Shown here in pieces: positions 56,027 to 64,000 of a DNA stretch of 64,000 nt. The notes beneath the pieces are model-generated. The model was not told the DNA's origin and searched no databases. It worked only from the letters and a program-made list of their open reading frames with translations. Both the position numbers and the translations under genes were made by a program. Each line of letters opens with the position of its first letter. The stretch's first letter is position 1. Where the stretch lies: the IMG/VR virus record IMGVR_UViG_3300035698_010959; one strand, 5' to 3'. Source of the stretch: a virus.

Positions 56027-57205
56027 TTACATACTCTTTGTTCTTACTGAGTAGAGTGGTTCATAGTTAGGTGTAATATGGATATTCTTTAGTGCAACTG
56101 CACTCTTTCCACCATTTAATAGACCTAATCCATAGCGTTCTTTGAATTTCATAGACAAGATATCTCGTCTTGGATCATCGAAGCTATCTATCATCATTGG
56201 ATCACGTTCTAGAATCACTATACCGTTGTTTCTATCAACGATATATATATCAGAAACGGGGCCTGTTCGGTTAGATCCAACGCTATCTAATGTTAGCGCA
56301 GTACTTGTAGAATATGGACAGAATGGAGTTATCATTACATTAAGATTCCAAGGTAAGTTGGAAGCTATATTATCTTGACCCATTGTTCCATAAGTTGTTC
56401 CAATTGAACCATGTGTTAGTAACTGGAACTGGAGTCTTGGATCCTTCATAAAGATAGTCCAAGCAAGTGGGTGCATTATAATATCAGTTGGAGCATATTC
56501 ATGAGCAATCAAGCAACCTATTGAATCAATAAGGTCGTTGAAAGATAGAGATCCGTTGATATTACCAGAGGCATCTACACCTTTTGTCCATCCGTTTTCG
56601 TCTGTGGTATTAGAGTTATCTATTGCTACATATGCTTTTGATTGGAACTCTCTGAAGATTTTTTCTTCTTTGTGTCGAAGCATAGCATATCCTGCTGCCT
56701 CTATGTAGAGTGCGAGTACATCCCACATAGAGTCTCGGATAACATCTTCTGATACCGCTATTAAAAGACCTACTTTTCCGACCTTGATCTCAGTCATCGC
56801 TTCGCCGAACGGAGGCTGAACTTCAGGAAATTCTTGGCCTTCTGCTAGGTCTTTAGCACGAACAGCACCTATAGTAGGAAATTCTACTGATCGTGTATTA
56901 TCTATAGTAATAGTCTTAGCTAGAACTGTTTGACCAAACATTACGGGTTCTTTTGGTCGCATTAGAACGTCACTAATTACTTTTGGGAATAAGACTGAGG
57001 CATCTGGTGAGAACAAAGCTTCTTTTAGAGGGATGTGAACCTCTGGTCGAGCTGAGCTATCAGTACTCATTAACTTATTCAATAAGGCACGTTGTGTTTC
57101 TATGTATTGAAGATCTATTCCACCTTCGATTCCTGGAATCTCAATCTTTGATGCTTTTGCAACATGCTCTTTAACTAAATCGCCAAATAGCTTTTTATTA
57201 GGCAT
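56027..57205 (-). CDS. Major capsid protein (HK97 fold)
   Basis: LFPKVIS...AEGQEFPE...KVGKVGL.I.VSEDVIRDS.WDV...IIMHP...KFKERYG; AAGGAG RBS; LKE/A is a candidate maturation site. Confidence 0.9.
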   Translation of the reverse strand: MPNKKLFGDLVKEHVAKASKIEIPGIEGGIDLQYIETQRALLNKLMSTDSSARPEVHIPLKEALFSPDASVLFPKVISDVLMRPKEPVMFGQTVLAKTITIDNTRSVEFPTIGAVRAKDLAEGQEFPEVQPPFGEAMTEIKVGKVGLLIAVSEDVIRDSMWDVLALYIEAAGYAMLRHKEEKIFREFQSKAYVAIDNSNTTDENGWTKGVDASGNINGSLSFNDLIDSIGCLIAHEYAPTDIIMHPLAWTIFMKDPRLQFQLLTHGSIGTTYGTMGQDNIASNLPWNLNVMITPFCPYSTSTALTLDSVGSNRTGPVSDIYIVDRNNGIVILERDPMMIDSFDDPRRDILSMKFKERYGLGLLNGGKSAVALKNIHITPNYEPLYSVRTKSM

Positions 57206-57270
57206 TTTTGTGAAGTCTCCTTACGTTATGTATAATATTTATACGTTTTTTTTAGTAATGAATTTAAAGT

Positions 57271-57309
57271 TGGGGTAGGATGATAGATAGTGCTTTACCT
57301 CCTACCCCA
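57271..57309 (-). terminator. Stem-loop between the decoration and capsid genes
   Basis: Perfect 10-bp inverted repeat TGGGGTAGGA/TCCTACCCCA with a 19-nt loop; short U tail. Confidence 0.5.
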
Positions 57310-57315
57310 TACGAT

Positions 57316-58680
57316 TTATCTAATCATTACCCTTAATATACCTAGAGATGCTGCTACATCATAGACTGCTGGAACACCAGCGTAGCCATATGTGTTTGCT
57401 CCATCTGTTAGATTCATTTGTCCTGTCGCGAAATCTCTTCCGTGGTTAGATGTATATGCGTCATCCTCTGAGTAGTACGTAACACGTATGTCAGTAGCTT
57501 GCTCTATTATAGTACTATCTTGTTCAGTTACTCCCCACATTCTTAGAATACCAGTCAGTGGATCAATAGAGTAGTTTTTACCCATTGTCTGATCATTATT
57601 CCATGAAGATTTAGGAAGCTCATTCCAAGCAGCTGTACCAGTAGTCCATACGCCATCAGTATCTACATACCTTGCGTTTTGTATAACTTGTACAGATATA
57701 GTCTTATATCCTGCTAATGGGTAGTAAGGCAGTCTCCACTCAGATCCCGCTGTAAGCGTTGTCATAGAAGAGGAGTCTACACTTCTTGCTGTAGTATTCG
57801 CAGGTATTTGGATTCGTGGAAGATCCCAAGCACCATAGTTATCTATTACCCATTTTAGCCAACCACGCATGTCAGAGGTGAGATGCTCTAGGGCTAGAAT
57901 TTCTCCAGCAATCATTTCTGGTCCCTGTCCATACTCATAAAGAAGGACGTGAGCGCTTGTTCCAGGTGCTCCGCTAACTGCCCAGTTTGTGCCATCCCAA
58001 TAAGGATCAACAAGAGCTGCATCAGTAATTGGAAGCCCACTACCATCTAGTGCTAGTAATAGTGTTGGAGTAAAACATTTATATGTAGCACTGGAAAGAG
58101 TAGGAACAAGTTCAGGCGTTGCGGCTTGAGTAACGTAAGCTCTTCGTTCATTCCACTTAACTACTCTACCAATATATCGGTAATCTTCTGTTCCAGTTGA
58201 GTAACCAGCATATGGTGCAATTTTATCACCAGTAGTTAAATCACCAAGAATAGCATTAGAGAAATCTCCAGATGCAAGTGCCTTGATATAAGGAAGTCGT
58301 ATATATCTATTCTTAAATAGTGCTGGTTGCCACTGTGCTTTATTAGCATGTGCTTGCATATACATATTGTATCCAGCAAAACCTAGAGGAGCAATCTGAG
58401 TATTGTCAGACTGTACTTTTCCTGCTAAGGTTAGTGTTGTTGCGTAATCTTCAGCTCCAGTATTTCGTGTTGTTCCTGATCCAGATGTAATATCATATTG
58501 ATGTACACCTACAAGTCTACCTTTTGGAATCACTACGTGATCTGAAGGAAACTTTGGATCTTGTCCTACTGGAGTTAGTGTTGTATCTATTGTAAAAGTC
58601 TCAGCCGGTGCGTCAAGCCCAGATATCTCTAATTCTGTTGCCCAACGACTGTCGGTTGGAACATAGCCAAGATAAGCCAT
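57316..58680 (-). CDS. Capsid decoration/cement-like protein
   Basis: Between scaffold and MCP with strong RBS; VVIPKGRLV...PLG...IRLPY; T/S-rich inserts. Confidence 0.6.
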   Translation of the reverse strand: MAYLGYVPTDSRWATELEISGLDAPAETFTIDTTLTPVGQDPKFPSDHVVIPKGRLVGVHQYDITSGSGTTRNTGAEDYATTLTLAGKVQSDNTQIAPLGFAGYNMYMQAHANKAQWQPALFKNRYIRLPYIKALASGDFSNAILGDLTTGDKIAPYAGYSTGTEDYRYIGRVVKWNERRAYVTQAATPELVPTLSSATYKCFTPTLLLALDGSGLPITDAALVDPYWDGTNWAVSGAPGTSAHVLLYEYGQGPEMIAGEILALEHLTSDMRGWLKWVIDNYGAWDLPRIQIPANTTARSVDSSSMTTLTAGSEWRLPYYPLAGYKTISVQVIQNARYVDTDGVWTTGTAAWNELPKSSWNNDQTMGKNYSIDPLTGILRMWGVTEQDSTIIEQATDIRVTYYSEDDAYTSNHGRDFATGQMNLTDGANTYGYAGVPAVYDVAASLGILRVMIR

Positions 58681-58713
58681 TATTTGTTAATTCTCCTTAA
58701 CGTTTTTAAAACT

Positions 58714-60048
58714 TTAGTCTACGCTAGTAATTTTTGCTATGCGTGCTTGAAGTTCTTTCTGATTTTCGTTAGTAACATTGAAGACCAGGAATGTGTCTTC
58801 ATTTTCGTCTGTGAGGTTGCTAATCGTAGTTTGCTGGACGTTTGTTGTAACAGGTGTTCCATCTTCATTTAGTTCTGGTACAATTGGAATAACACCATCA
58901 TCGTTTCCAACTGTAGGATCAGTTACGTCCTCAACAGTAATTACCTGCTCTTCAGTGTTAGTATCTGACTTAAGCAAGTCACCTATAAGGTCATTTAGAG
59001 ATTCTTCTGTGCGTGCCGCAAACGCTTCACAAAGTTCATCAAAAGATTTACCTTTTGCAGCTGGATAGCTAGATTTTTGAGCTAGGTGTGATGCTTCTCT
59101 TGCAAGCATAGTGTGAGATTCAGCACTAAGCTTGGAAACTATAGTTTCTAAAGAAGCTATTTTAGCCTTTAGTTCTTCTTCTGGTTTAGAGTTTTCTTTT
59201 AACTGCTCTAATTCAGTTTGAAGTTCTTCAACTTTACCTACTAGTACTTCTGGATCCTCTTTGGATTCTTTGTTCCAAGGTGTTTCCTTATCTAACTTTT
59301 TGTAGTACTTAGTTATGTGTGATCGTATTCCGCTTTTATCTTCATCAGATATTTTGGCTTTGTTAATCGCACTAGCTGCTGCGTATATACCTTTTGGCAC
59401 AGCCGTTAATCGCCCATCTATAATTGTAGCGATTGGGAATTTATGAGCGCTTGCTTTGTCTGAGTCTTCAGAGTCATACCAAAGAAAGCCTTTTCTATAT
59501 TTTTTCCAATCTACTTCTTCTTCTGAGTTACTAGCCCAGGATTTAAGCGCTTGCTTCGAAGCACTTCCATCCCAATCTGTATCCTCTTCTGTAAAAGGCA
59601 GATTTTGGAAAGGAACTACAGATTCATCATAAATTTGTAGTCTTTCTAGTTCTTCTACTAACCCACCTACAATAGCTTCATTAGCTTCCTCTTGTTTAGA
59701 AGGTATAGTATTGTTATCTGTAGTTGTACATTCTGTTAGTACATTATAGAGTAGTGGGTAGGTATCCTTGTCTACTTCTATGTCATATGCTTCTAAGGAT
59801 TCAGAGGGCTTTACTCCCTGAAATATAGTATTCTGATCTTCTTCAGTGAGCAGCTCTTTTGTATTGGCTAGAACTACACCCAGAATACCGGTAATCTGCT
59901 CTGGAGTATGACTGCCCTTCTTTATTTCCTTTACAGCTTCTATAATAGACTCTCTATTTTCAGCATCTATTTTATTACAAAATATGTGCATTTTATAGTC
60001 GTTATCTACTAAGCGTGCCGCATAGAAGGTTCTAGTAGTTTTACTCAT
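58714..60048 (-). CDS. Scaffold-like protein with an internal globular domain
   Basis: Acidic, coiled-coil segments; lies between protease and capsid genes. Confidence 0.6.
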   Translation of the reverse strand: MSKTTRTFYAARLVDNDYKMHIFCNKIDAENRESIIEAVKEIKKGSHTPEQITGILGVVLANTKELLTEEDQNTIFQGVKPSESLEAYDIEVDKDTYPLLYNVLTECTTTDNNTIPSKQEEANEAIVGGLVEELERLQIYDESVVPFQNLPFTEEDTDWDGSASKQALKSWASNSEEEVDWKKYRKGFLWYDSEDSDKASAHKFPIATIIDGRLTAVPKGIYAAASAINKAKISDEDKSGIRSHITKYYKKLDKETPWNKESKEDPEVLVGKVEELQTELEQLKENSKPEEELKAKIASLETIVSKLSAESHTMLAREASHLAQKSSYPAAKGKSFDELCEAFAARTEESLNDLIGDLLKSDTNTEEQVITVEDVTDPTVGNDDGVIPIVPELNEDGTPVTTNVQQTTISNLTDENEDTFLVFNVTNENQKELQARIAKITSVD

Positions 60049-60066
60049 ACTAAAGGTCCTTTCGCG

Positions 60067-60924
60067 TTATGCCGCTATTTTCGAGCGTTGTTTAGTATCT
60101 ATAAAGATTTGTTTAAACCCATTGCTGGGAATATCTTTTTCTTTGTAGATTGCTCGGAACTCTTTAGCAGATTCTAATATCTTGCTGTAATTTTGTTTAG
60201 AAATTCCGAGTGTATGTTCTCTTGATACATTGGTACCAGTTGCCAAATCAAATAAAGAGTCAGCTCCTGAGTTGGTTAATAATAATCTTGCTTCTCCAGC
60301 ATCTATAGATGTATTTGTAACACAAGCATTAACATCACTTGGTACATTTACAAAACTAAGTTCACGTCCTTTAATTGGTCCCATAATCCAGTAGCATACC
60401 ATGTCATTGTATACTTCTCCTTTATTATGTTCGCATAGTCCTTCTTCTGCTAGATTAGTATTACATATGCTACAACGTACTTCTTCTACGTCTGCTCCTA
60501 TACTTACCGTCAAGAATCTACCAGTAAGTACTGATTCAATAGCATAGGGATCTGTAATGGCTGCTATTGTTTTTAACCATCCACCATCAGATCTTGGATC
60601 ATTTTGAAAACTTGCATTATAAATTCGTCCATAAGGAAGCATTGCTGGTATGGAACCATATACATCTGGTGAAGATATGTGATCTCTTAATAGTGGTACC
60701 GGATATGGATATATAAATGATATTGCTCCGGTACCATTATTTGGTACGCCAATAAGACTTTCTGATGGGTAATAGGTTTTATTACGTGTAAGCCAGTTAG
60801 CAGTTATTGCTCGTATTTCTGTAAAGAGTACTTCTGGTAAGCCTTCTTCTATTACAGACTCTATTGCTTGTGTTAGCTTAACACTAGGTAATGTGTATTG
60901 AACGTGTTCTACTATCCGTTTCAT
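60067..60924 (-). CDS. Prohead (HK97-type) maturation protease
   Basis: PLLRDH (His), GRI, FLTVSIG (Ser), ELSFVNVPSD; Cys/His insert CSIC...CEH...C. Confidence 0.85.
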   Translation of the reverse strand: MKRIVEHVQYTLPSVKLTQAIESVIEEGLPEVLFTEIRAITANWLTRNKTYYPSESLIGVPNNGTGAISFIYPYPVPLLRDHISSPDVYGSIPAMLPYGRIYNASFQNDPRSDGGWLKTIAAITDPYAIESVLTGRFLTVSIGADVEEVRCSICNTNLAEEGLCEHNKGEVYNDMVCYWIMGPIKGRELSFVNVPSDVNACVTNTSIDAGEARLLLTNSGADSLFDLATGTNVSREHTLGISKQNYSKILESAKEFRAIYKEKDIPSNGFKQIFIDTKQRSKIAA

Positions 60925-60940
60925 ATGTTTATTATAGCCT

Positions 60941-61195
60941 TTAATGTACTGCTACTTTTGTAATAACTAGAACACCTAGCGATAGGGTTGCTGTACCAAG
61001 TGATCCAAGTATCCAATACCATAATGTATTTACTCGTGTTTCTAGTTTATCCTGAGAAATTTTTAAATTGTTTACTTCTATTTTGTCTGCTTTTTCAATT
61101 TGGGTTACTAACAACAGGTCTACCTTAGTATCAACACGTATTAGTAAGTCATGGTCATTAGGATATACTTTGCTGTTGTCGTCTTTATCTACCAT
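60941..61195 (-). CDS. Small coiled-coil protein with C-terminal TM (XhlA/holin-like)
   Basis: DHDLLIRVDTKVD...LETRV then LWYWILGSLGTATLSLGVLVI. Confidence 0.5.
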   Translation of the reverse strand: MVDKDDNSKVYPNDHDLLIRVDTKVDLLLVTQIEKADKIEVNNLKISQDKLETRVNTLWYWILGSLGTATLSLGVLVITKVAVH

Positions 61196-61210
61196 TATAG
61201 AGTATGTTCC

Positions 61211-62947
61211 TTACAAGATATTGTGCTTAAGTCCCGCAAACACTCCATGTATCTTTGATAGTTCTTGAACTATAGGCATGTCAGTAGTAGTATCTAAATC
61301 ATTTACTATAGTTAACGTTGCGCGTTTAAATGTATCTATTATATCTTTGGATGTTATATAAGAGGCATTTAAAGCACTACTACATAAATCATGTATATAT
61401 TGTGGCTGCGGTTTACATTGAATTAAGTTTTGTTCCCTTACGTAATTAGCAATACAAGAAGCTAAATTATTATAAGCTGTCAGTATTCTTGAATTATGTT
61501 GATTCTTTGGAGCAGTTTTGTTTTTTAATGTAGGTTTTGCTGGCATAGCTGCTGTTGGTCCTTTTTGTCCACTATCATTATCATCTGAGCTTCCTTGTTG
61601 TGCGGATTTAGTTGTTGCCAGTGGTATCTGTATTCTATTTATATAAAGGTCTTGAGCTTCTTCATCTGTTAGTTTATTTTTTCCAAGAATCTCTCTAAGT
61701 TCACTAAGTGTTATTGCATTTCCTGCATATTGTAGAAGAGCATGTTCTTCTAACTTAACAAATCTGTCTCTGTCTACATCGCTAAATGATAAGCAAACAT
61801 TACTATCTGGATCTGTAAGTGGATCAAATCCTCCTTCTAATAATAGTTCTCTTATTATAAAGAAGTTTATATAGAACTCTAATTCTCTTTGATACAGTCG
61901 TATCTGATCAAACATTACTCCAGAGAATGAGTCACTTGTTCCTACAGAAGTCTTAGCGGATTCTCCCATCACAACATCAGATAATCCAAGTCCAGCAAAT
62001 ACGCGGGTCTTAAGGGCTTTTAAATATCCTTCTGCCCGCAGTGCCTTGCTTTCTACTCCAAGTATAGTTAGTTTATGTCCTGGAGGTGTTACTATATAAC
62101 CATTCACAGCAGAGATATCATGTGCTTGGGCAGCTGCTGTAACGTCTTCTTGTCTGCCTGTTCCGGTGTTAGTTGTGTCTGGAACCTCATGATGTATAAG
62201 TGGGTGTAAAGATTTGAAGATAAGTTGTACTATCATTTCTTCACAGTGTCTTAATGCCCTTACATCGTCTAGCACAGGAAGCATTTTTGATACGCCCCAT
62301 ATACGTCCAGATTGTCTATTATGTTTTATATGTATTACGTCTTCTGCTTTAAAAATCTTTGATTGTTTAGTTGATACTTTTTGTTCCCAACCTGTTACTC
62401 TTCCATTATCATCTACTTGTGGACTCATAGTTAGTGGACTTGCAACAAAATATCCACCTATTGGTTTCTTTCCATGAAGGCTTTTTAGTTTCATTCCTGG
62501 AACAGGACTAGTGCTAATCCATCTACTTTTTATAAGAAATGCATTTCCAAATTTAATATAATCATGTATAAATTCCCAGAAGTGTAGTTGCCAAACATCG
62601 CCCATGGCAACTGTCATTATTTCGAAACGTTGTTCTATGTATGCTTTTGCTTTTTTATTTTTTGATTCGAACCTATAGCCTTCTTTTAGAATCTTATTAA
62701 AGAACTCATTAACACCTCTGTGTATATAGCTGTCTGCCATGTAGCCATTATATAGTGCCTGTAAATCGTATTCTACTTTTGGCACAGACATTGCATTTGC
62801 GCGGGATCCAGATCCTATAGCAAAAGGTACAGTTGGATCATCAGATCGTGGTAGAGAGGAAGCTTTACGTATACCTTTATTGTTTCTATCTACATAGGCA
62901 AAGCCAGTTCTCGGTAATTCAATTTTTTCTCTGTGTAGTATTGCCAT
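61211..62947 (-). CDS. Portal protein
   Basis: DYIKFGNAFL, DVIHIKH...WGVS, RVFAGLGLS, ITLSELREILG; upstream of the protease. Confidence 0.88.
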   Translation of the reverse strand: MAILHREKIELPRTGFAYVDRNNKGIRKASSLPRSDDPTVPFAIGSGSRANAMSVPKVEYDLQALYNGYMADSYIHRGVNEFFNKILKEGYRFESKNKKAKAYIEQRFEIMTVAMGDVWQLHFWEFIHDYIKFGNAFLIKSRWISTSPVPGMKLKSLHGKKPIGGYFVASPLTMSPQVDDNGRVTGWEQKVSTKQSKIFKAEDVIHIKHNRQSGRIWGVSKMLPVLDDVRALRHCEEMIVQLIFKSLHPLIHHEVPDTTNTGTGRQEDVTAAAQAHDISAVNGYIVTPPGHKLTILGVESKALRAEGYLKALKTRVFAGLGLSDVVMGESAKTSVGTSDSFSGVMFDQIRLYQRELEFYINFFIIRELLLEGGFDPLTDPDSNVCLSFSDVDRDRFVKLEEHALLQYAGNAITLSELREILGKNKLTDEEAQDLYINRIQIPLATTKSAQQGSSDDNDSGQKGPTAAMPAKPTLKNKTAPKNQHNSRILTAYNNLASCIANYVREQNLIQCKPQPQYIHDLCSSALNASYITSKDIIDTFKRATLTIVNDLDTTTDMPIVQELSKIHGVFAGLKHNIL

Positions 62948-62953
62948 AAATTG

Positions 62954-63388
62954 TTATTTCTGCTCTATCAATTTGCCTATTCTAATAGAAAGTGAATAGA
63001 CATCTATAGGATCTTCTGAGGTAATTAGTAGTAAAGGAAATCTTGATAACTCACATGCATATATTGCTTGTGATGTGGTTTTCATATAGGCTTCCCATGT
63101 ATCTCTTTGTATGTTTGTATATGCATATGTTCCATAATATTTCTCTGTTACTATGATTGCAATAGGTACTTCATGAAATACTAAATCTAAATCTATTGGA
63201 TAGTTAAGTCCATTCCAGTTATATGTTCCATGTTTAATGTAAGGATAGCCTTGTAAAGGAGCACCAGAGGATGTTAGTGTAGTTGTTACGCTTGTAAGTC
63301 TATCTTGTTTCCATGCTTTATGTTGTCTTTGTTTAAGAAGATAGTAAGGTTTAAGAGCTATCCTCAATAACAGGTTTACTACTTTCAT
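62954..63388 (-). CDS. Hypothetical protein, possible degenerate Vsr/DUF559-like fold
   Basis: DLDLVFHEVPIAIIV...ACELSRFPLLLI pattern; no catalytic Glu seen. Confidence 0.35.
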   Translation of the reverse strand: MKVVNLLLRIALKPYYLLKQRQHKAWKQDRLTSVTTTLTSSGAPLQGYPYIKHGTYNWNGLNYPIDLDLVFHEVPIAIIVTEKYYGTYAYTNIQRDTWEAYMKTTSQAIYACELSRFPLLLITSEDPIDVYSLSIRIGKLIEQK

Positions 63389-63998
63389 TTAGATCCTCCC
63401 CGAAGCTTTCTGAAAGTCGTTTTAATCCAAATACTCTTCTCGCAATATCAGCATCATCTAAATTAGATAGAGGTTCTGGATTAAGGTCTTCAATGTCTGG
63501 GTCTATTGCAAAGTCTATTCCTAATTCTTTTGCTTGTTCAGTAAATACTCCAACCAACCCAGGATGATTTATATCATTTACTTTTTTTGTGTTTGCTACA
63601 TTGAGTATTTTTTGTATCATGTCTTTATCTACTTCACCTGTGTTTATTACAGACTCTATAGATATGATAACTGCGTCTAATAGTGGAAGCCATTTCTTTG
63701 AAACAAGTAATGCTTTTGGAGCCCGATTTGCTCTATCAAGTTGTACTTTGTTATTAGTTTTTTTAAACCTATAGATATCTGCAACTACGTCTGAATATTT
63801 GCGATTAAGATTTAGTGTGCCTCGTAGTATGCTATCAATAAAAGAATCCCATGCAGGGCAATATTCAAGCGGGTTTAAATCATATAAAAAATCTCTTACT
63901 GGATCAAGTAAAGCTTGTTTTGCTTTTCTATAGGTTAAGAATGCATTTGCTGCTATGTTTGAGGATAGCCTATATGCTAGTTTGGTTCTAAGATAAGA
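63351..63998 (-). CDS. Hypothetical protein, partial (enters from the right edge)
   Basis: The 63351..63620 frame has no stop up to the window end, so the listed 89-aa ORF is only the C-terminus. Confidence 0.65.
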   Translation of the reverse strand, partial: SYLRTKLAYRLSSNIAANAFLTYRKAKQALLDPVRDFLYDLNPLEYCPAWDSFIDSILRGTLNLNRKYSDVVADIYRFKKTNNKVQLDRANRAPKALLVSKKWLPLLDAVIISIESVINTGEVDKDMIQKILNVANTKKVNDINHPGLVGVFTEQAKELGIDFAIDPDIEDLNPEPLSNLDDADIARRVFGLKRLSESFGEDLNESSKPVIEDSS

Positions 63999-64000
63999 GG

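Noticed and set aside
57236-57243. T4-like late promoter TATAAATA upstream of the MCP (also 49490-49497)
   Set aside because: An all-AT 8-mer is expected by chance in this genome, and it was not seen consistently before the other structural genes I checked.
60931-60936. TATAAT 6 nt before the protease ATG (leaderless promoter)
   Set aside because: No -35 or extended -10; not distinguishable from AT-rich background.
92-63774. Numerous plus-strand ORFs (for example 23513..24331, 39843..40442, 17312..17830)
   Set aside because: Nearly all are antisense shadows of minus-strand genes, with S/L/I/F-biased composition and no motifs.
1-64000. Alternative genetic code (TAG/TGA recoding)
   Set aside because: Code 11 already gives near-complete coding density with multi-kb ORFs, and TAG ends genes right before the next start.
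1-64000. Assignment to a named phage group or host
   Set aside because: Gene order recalls large Bacillus myophages such as phage G, but this needs MCP/portal phylogeny, and the host clues conflict.

Overview
A 64 kb segment of a large, AT-rich tailed phage with a contractile (myovirus-type) tail. All credible genes lie on the minus strand and use the standard code. In transcription order (right to left) the window holds: portal, prohead protease, scaffold-like protein, decoration-like protein and major capsid protein; an Ig-domain head-tail adaptor, a fibre/lectin cassette and a neck protein; two sheath paralogs, a tail terminator, three tube paralogs and two tail-assembly chaperones; a 2936-aa tape-measure-like protein; an accessory cassette (metallophosphoesterase, GT9-like protein, ClpP, amidase, small Zn-ribbon proteins); a 1786-aa giant protein; a family A DNA polymerase; a 2367-aa baseplate hub/lysin; spike, wedge and J-like baseplate genes; and a glycosyltransferase with a SEC-C motif. 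The most striking feature is a pair of giant tape-measure-region proteins carrying nuclease domains. The 2936-aa protein has a RecB/Cas4-like PD-(D/E)XK domain between two LAGLIDADG inteins, followed by an SNase-like domain. The 1786-aa protein has an intact DEDDh exonuclease. Each of these two genes has a terminator-like hairpin about 15 nt before its ATG and a sigma70-type promoter right after its stop. A third intein interrupts polymerase motif A. No tRNA, rRNA, CRISPR array, integrase or terminase was seen. All family calls come from motif reading and synteny; no database search was run.
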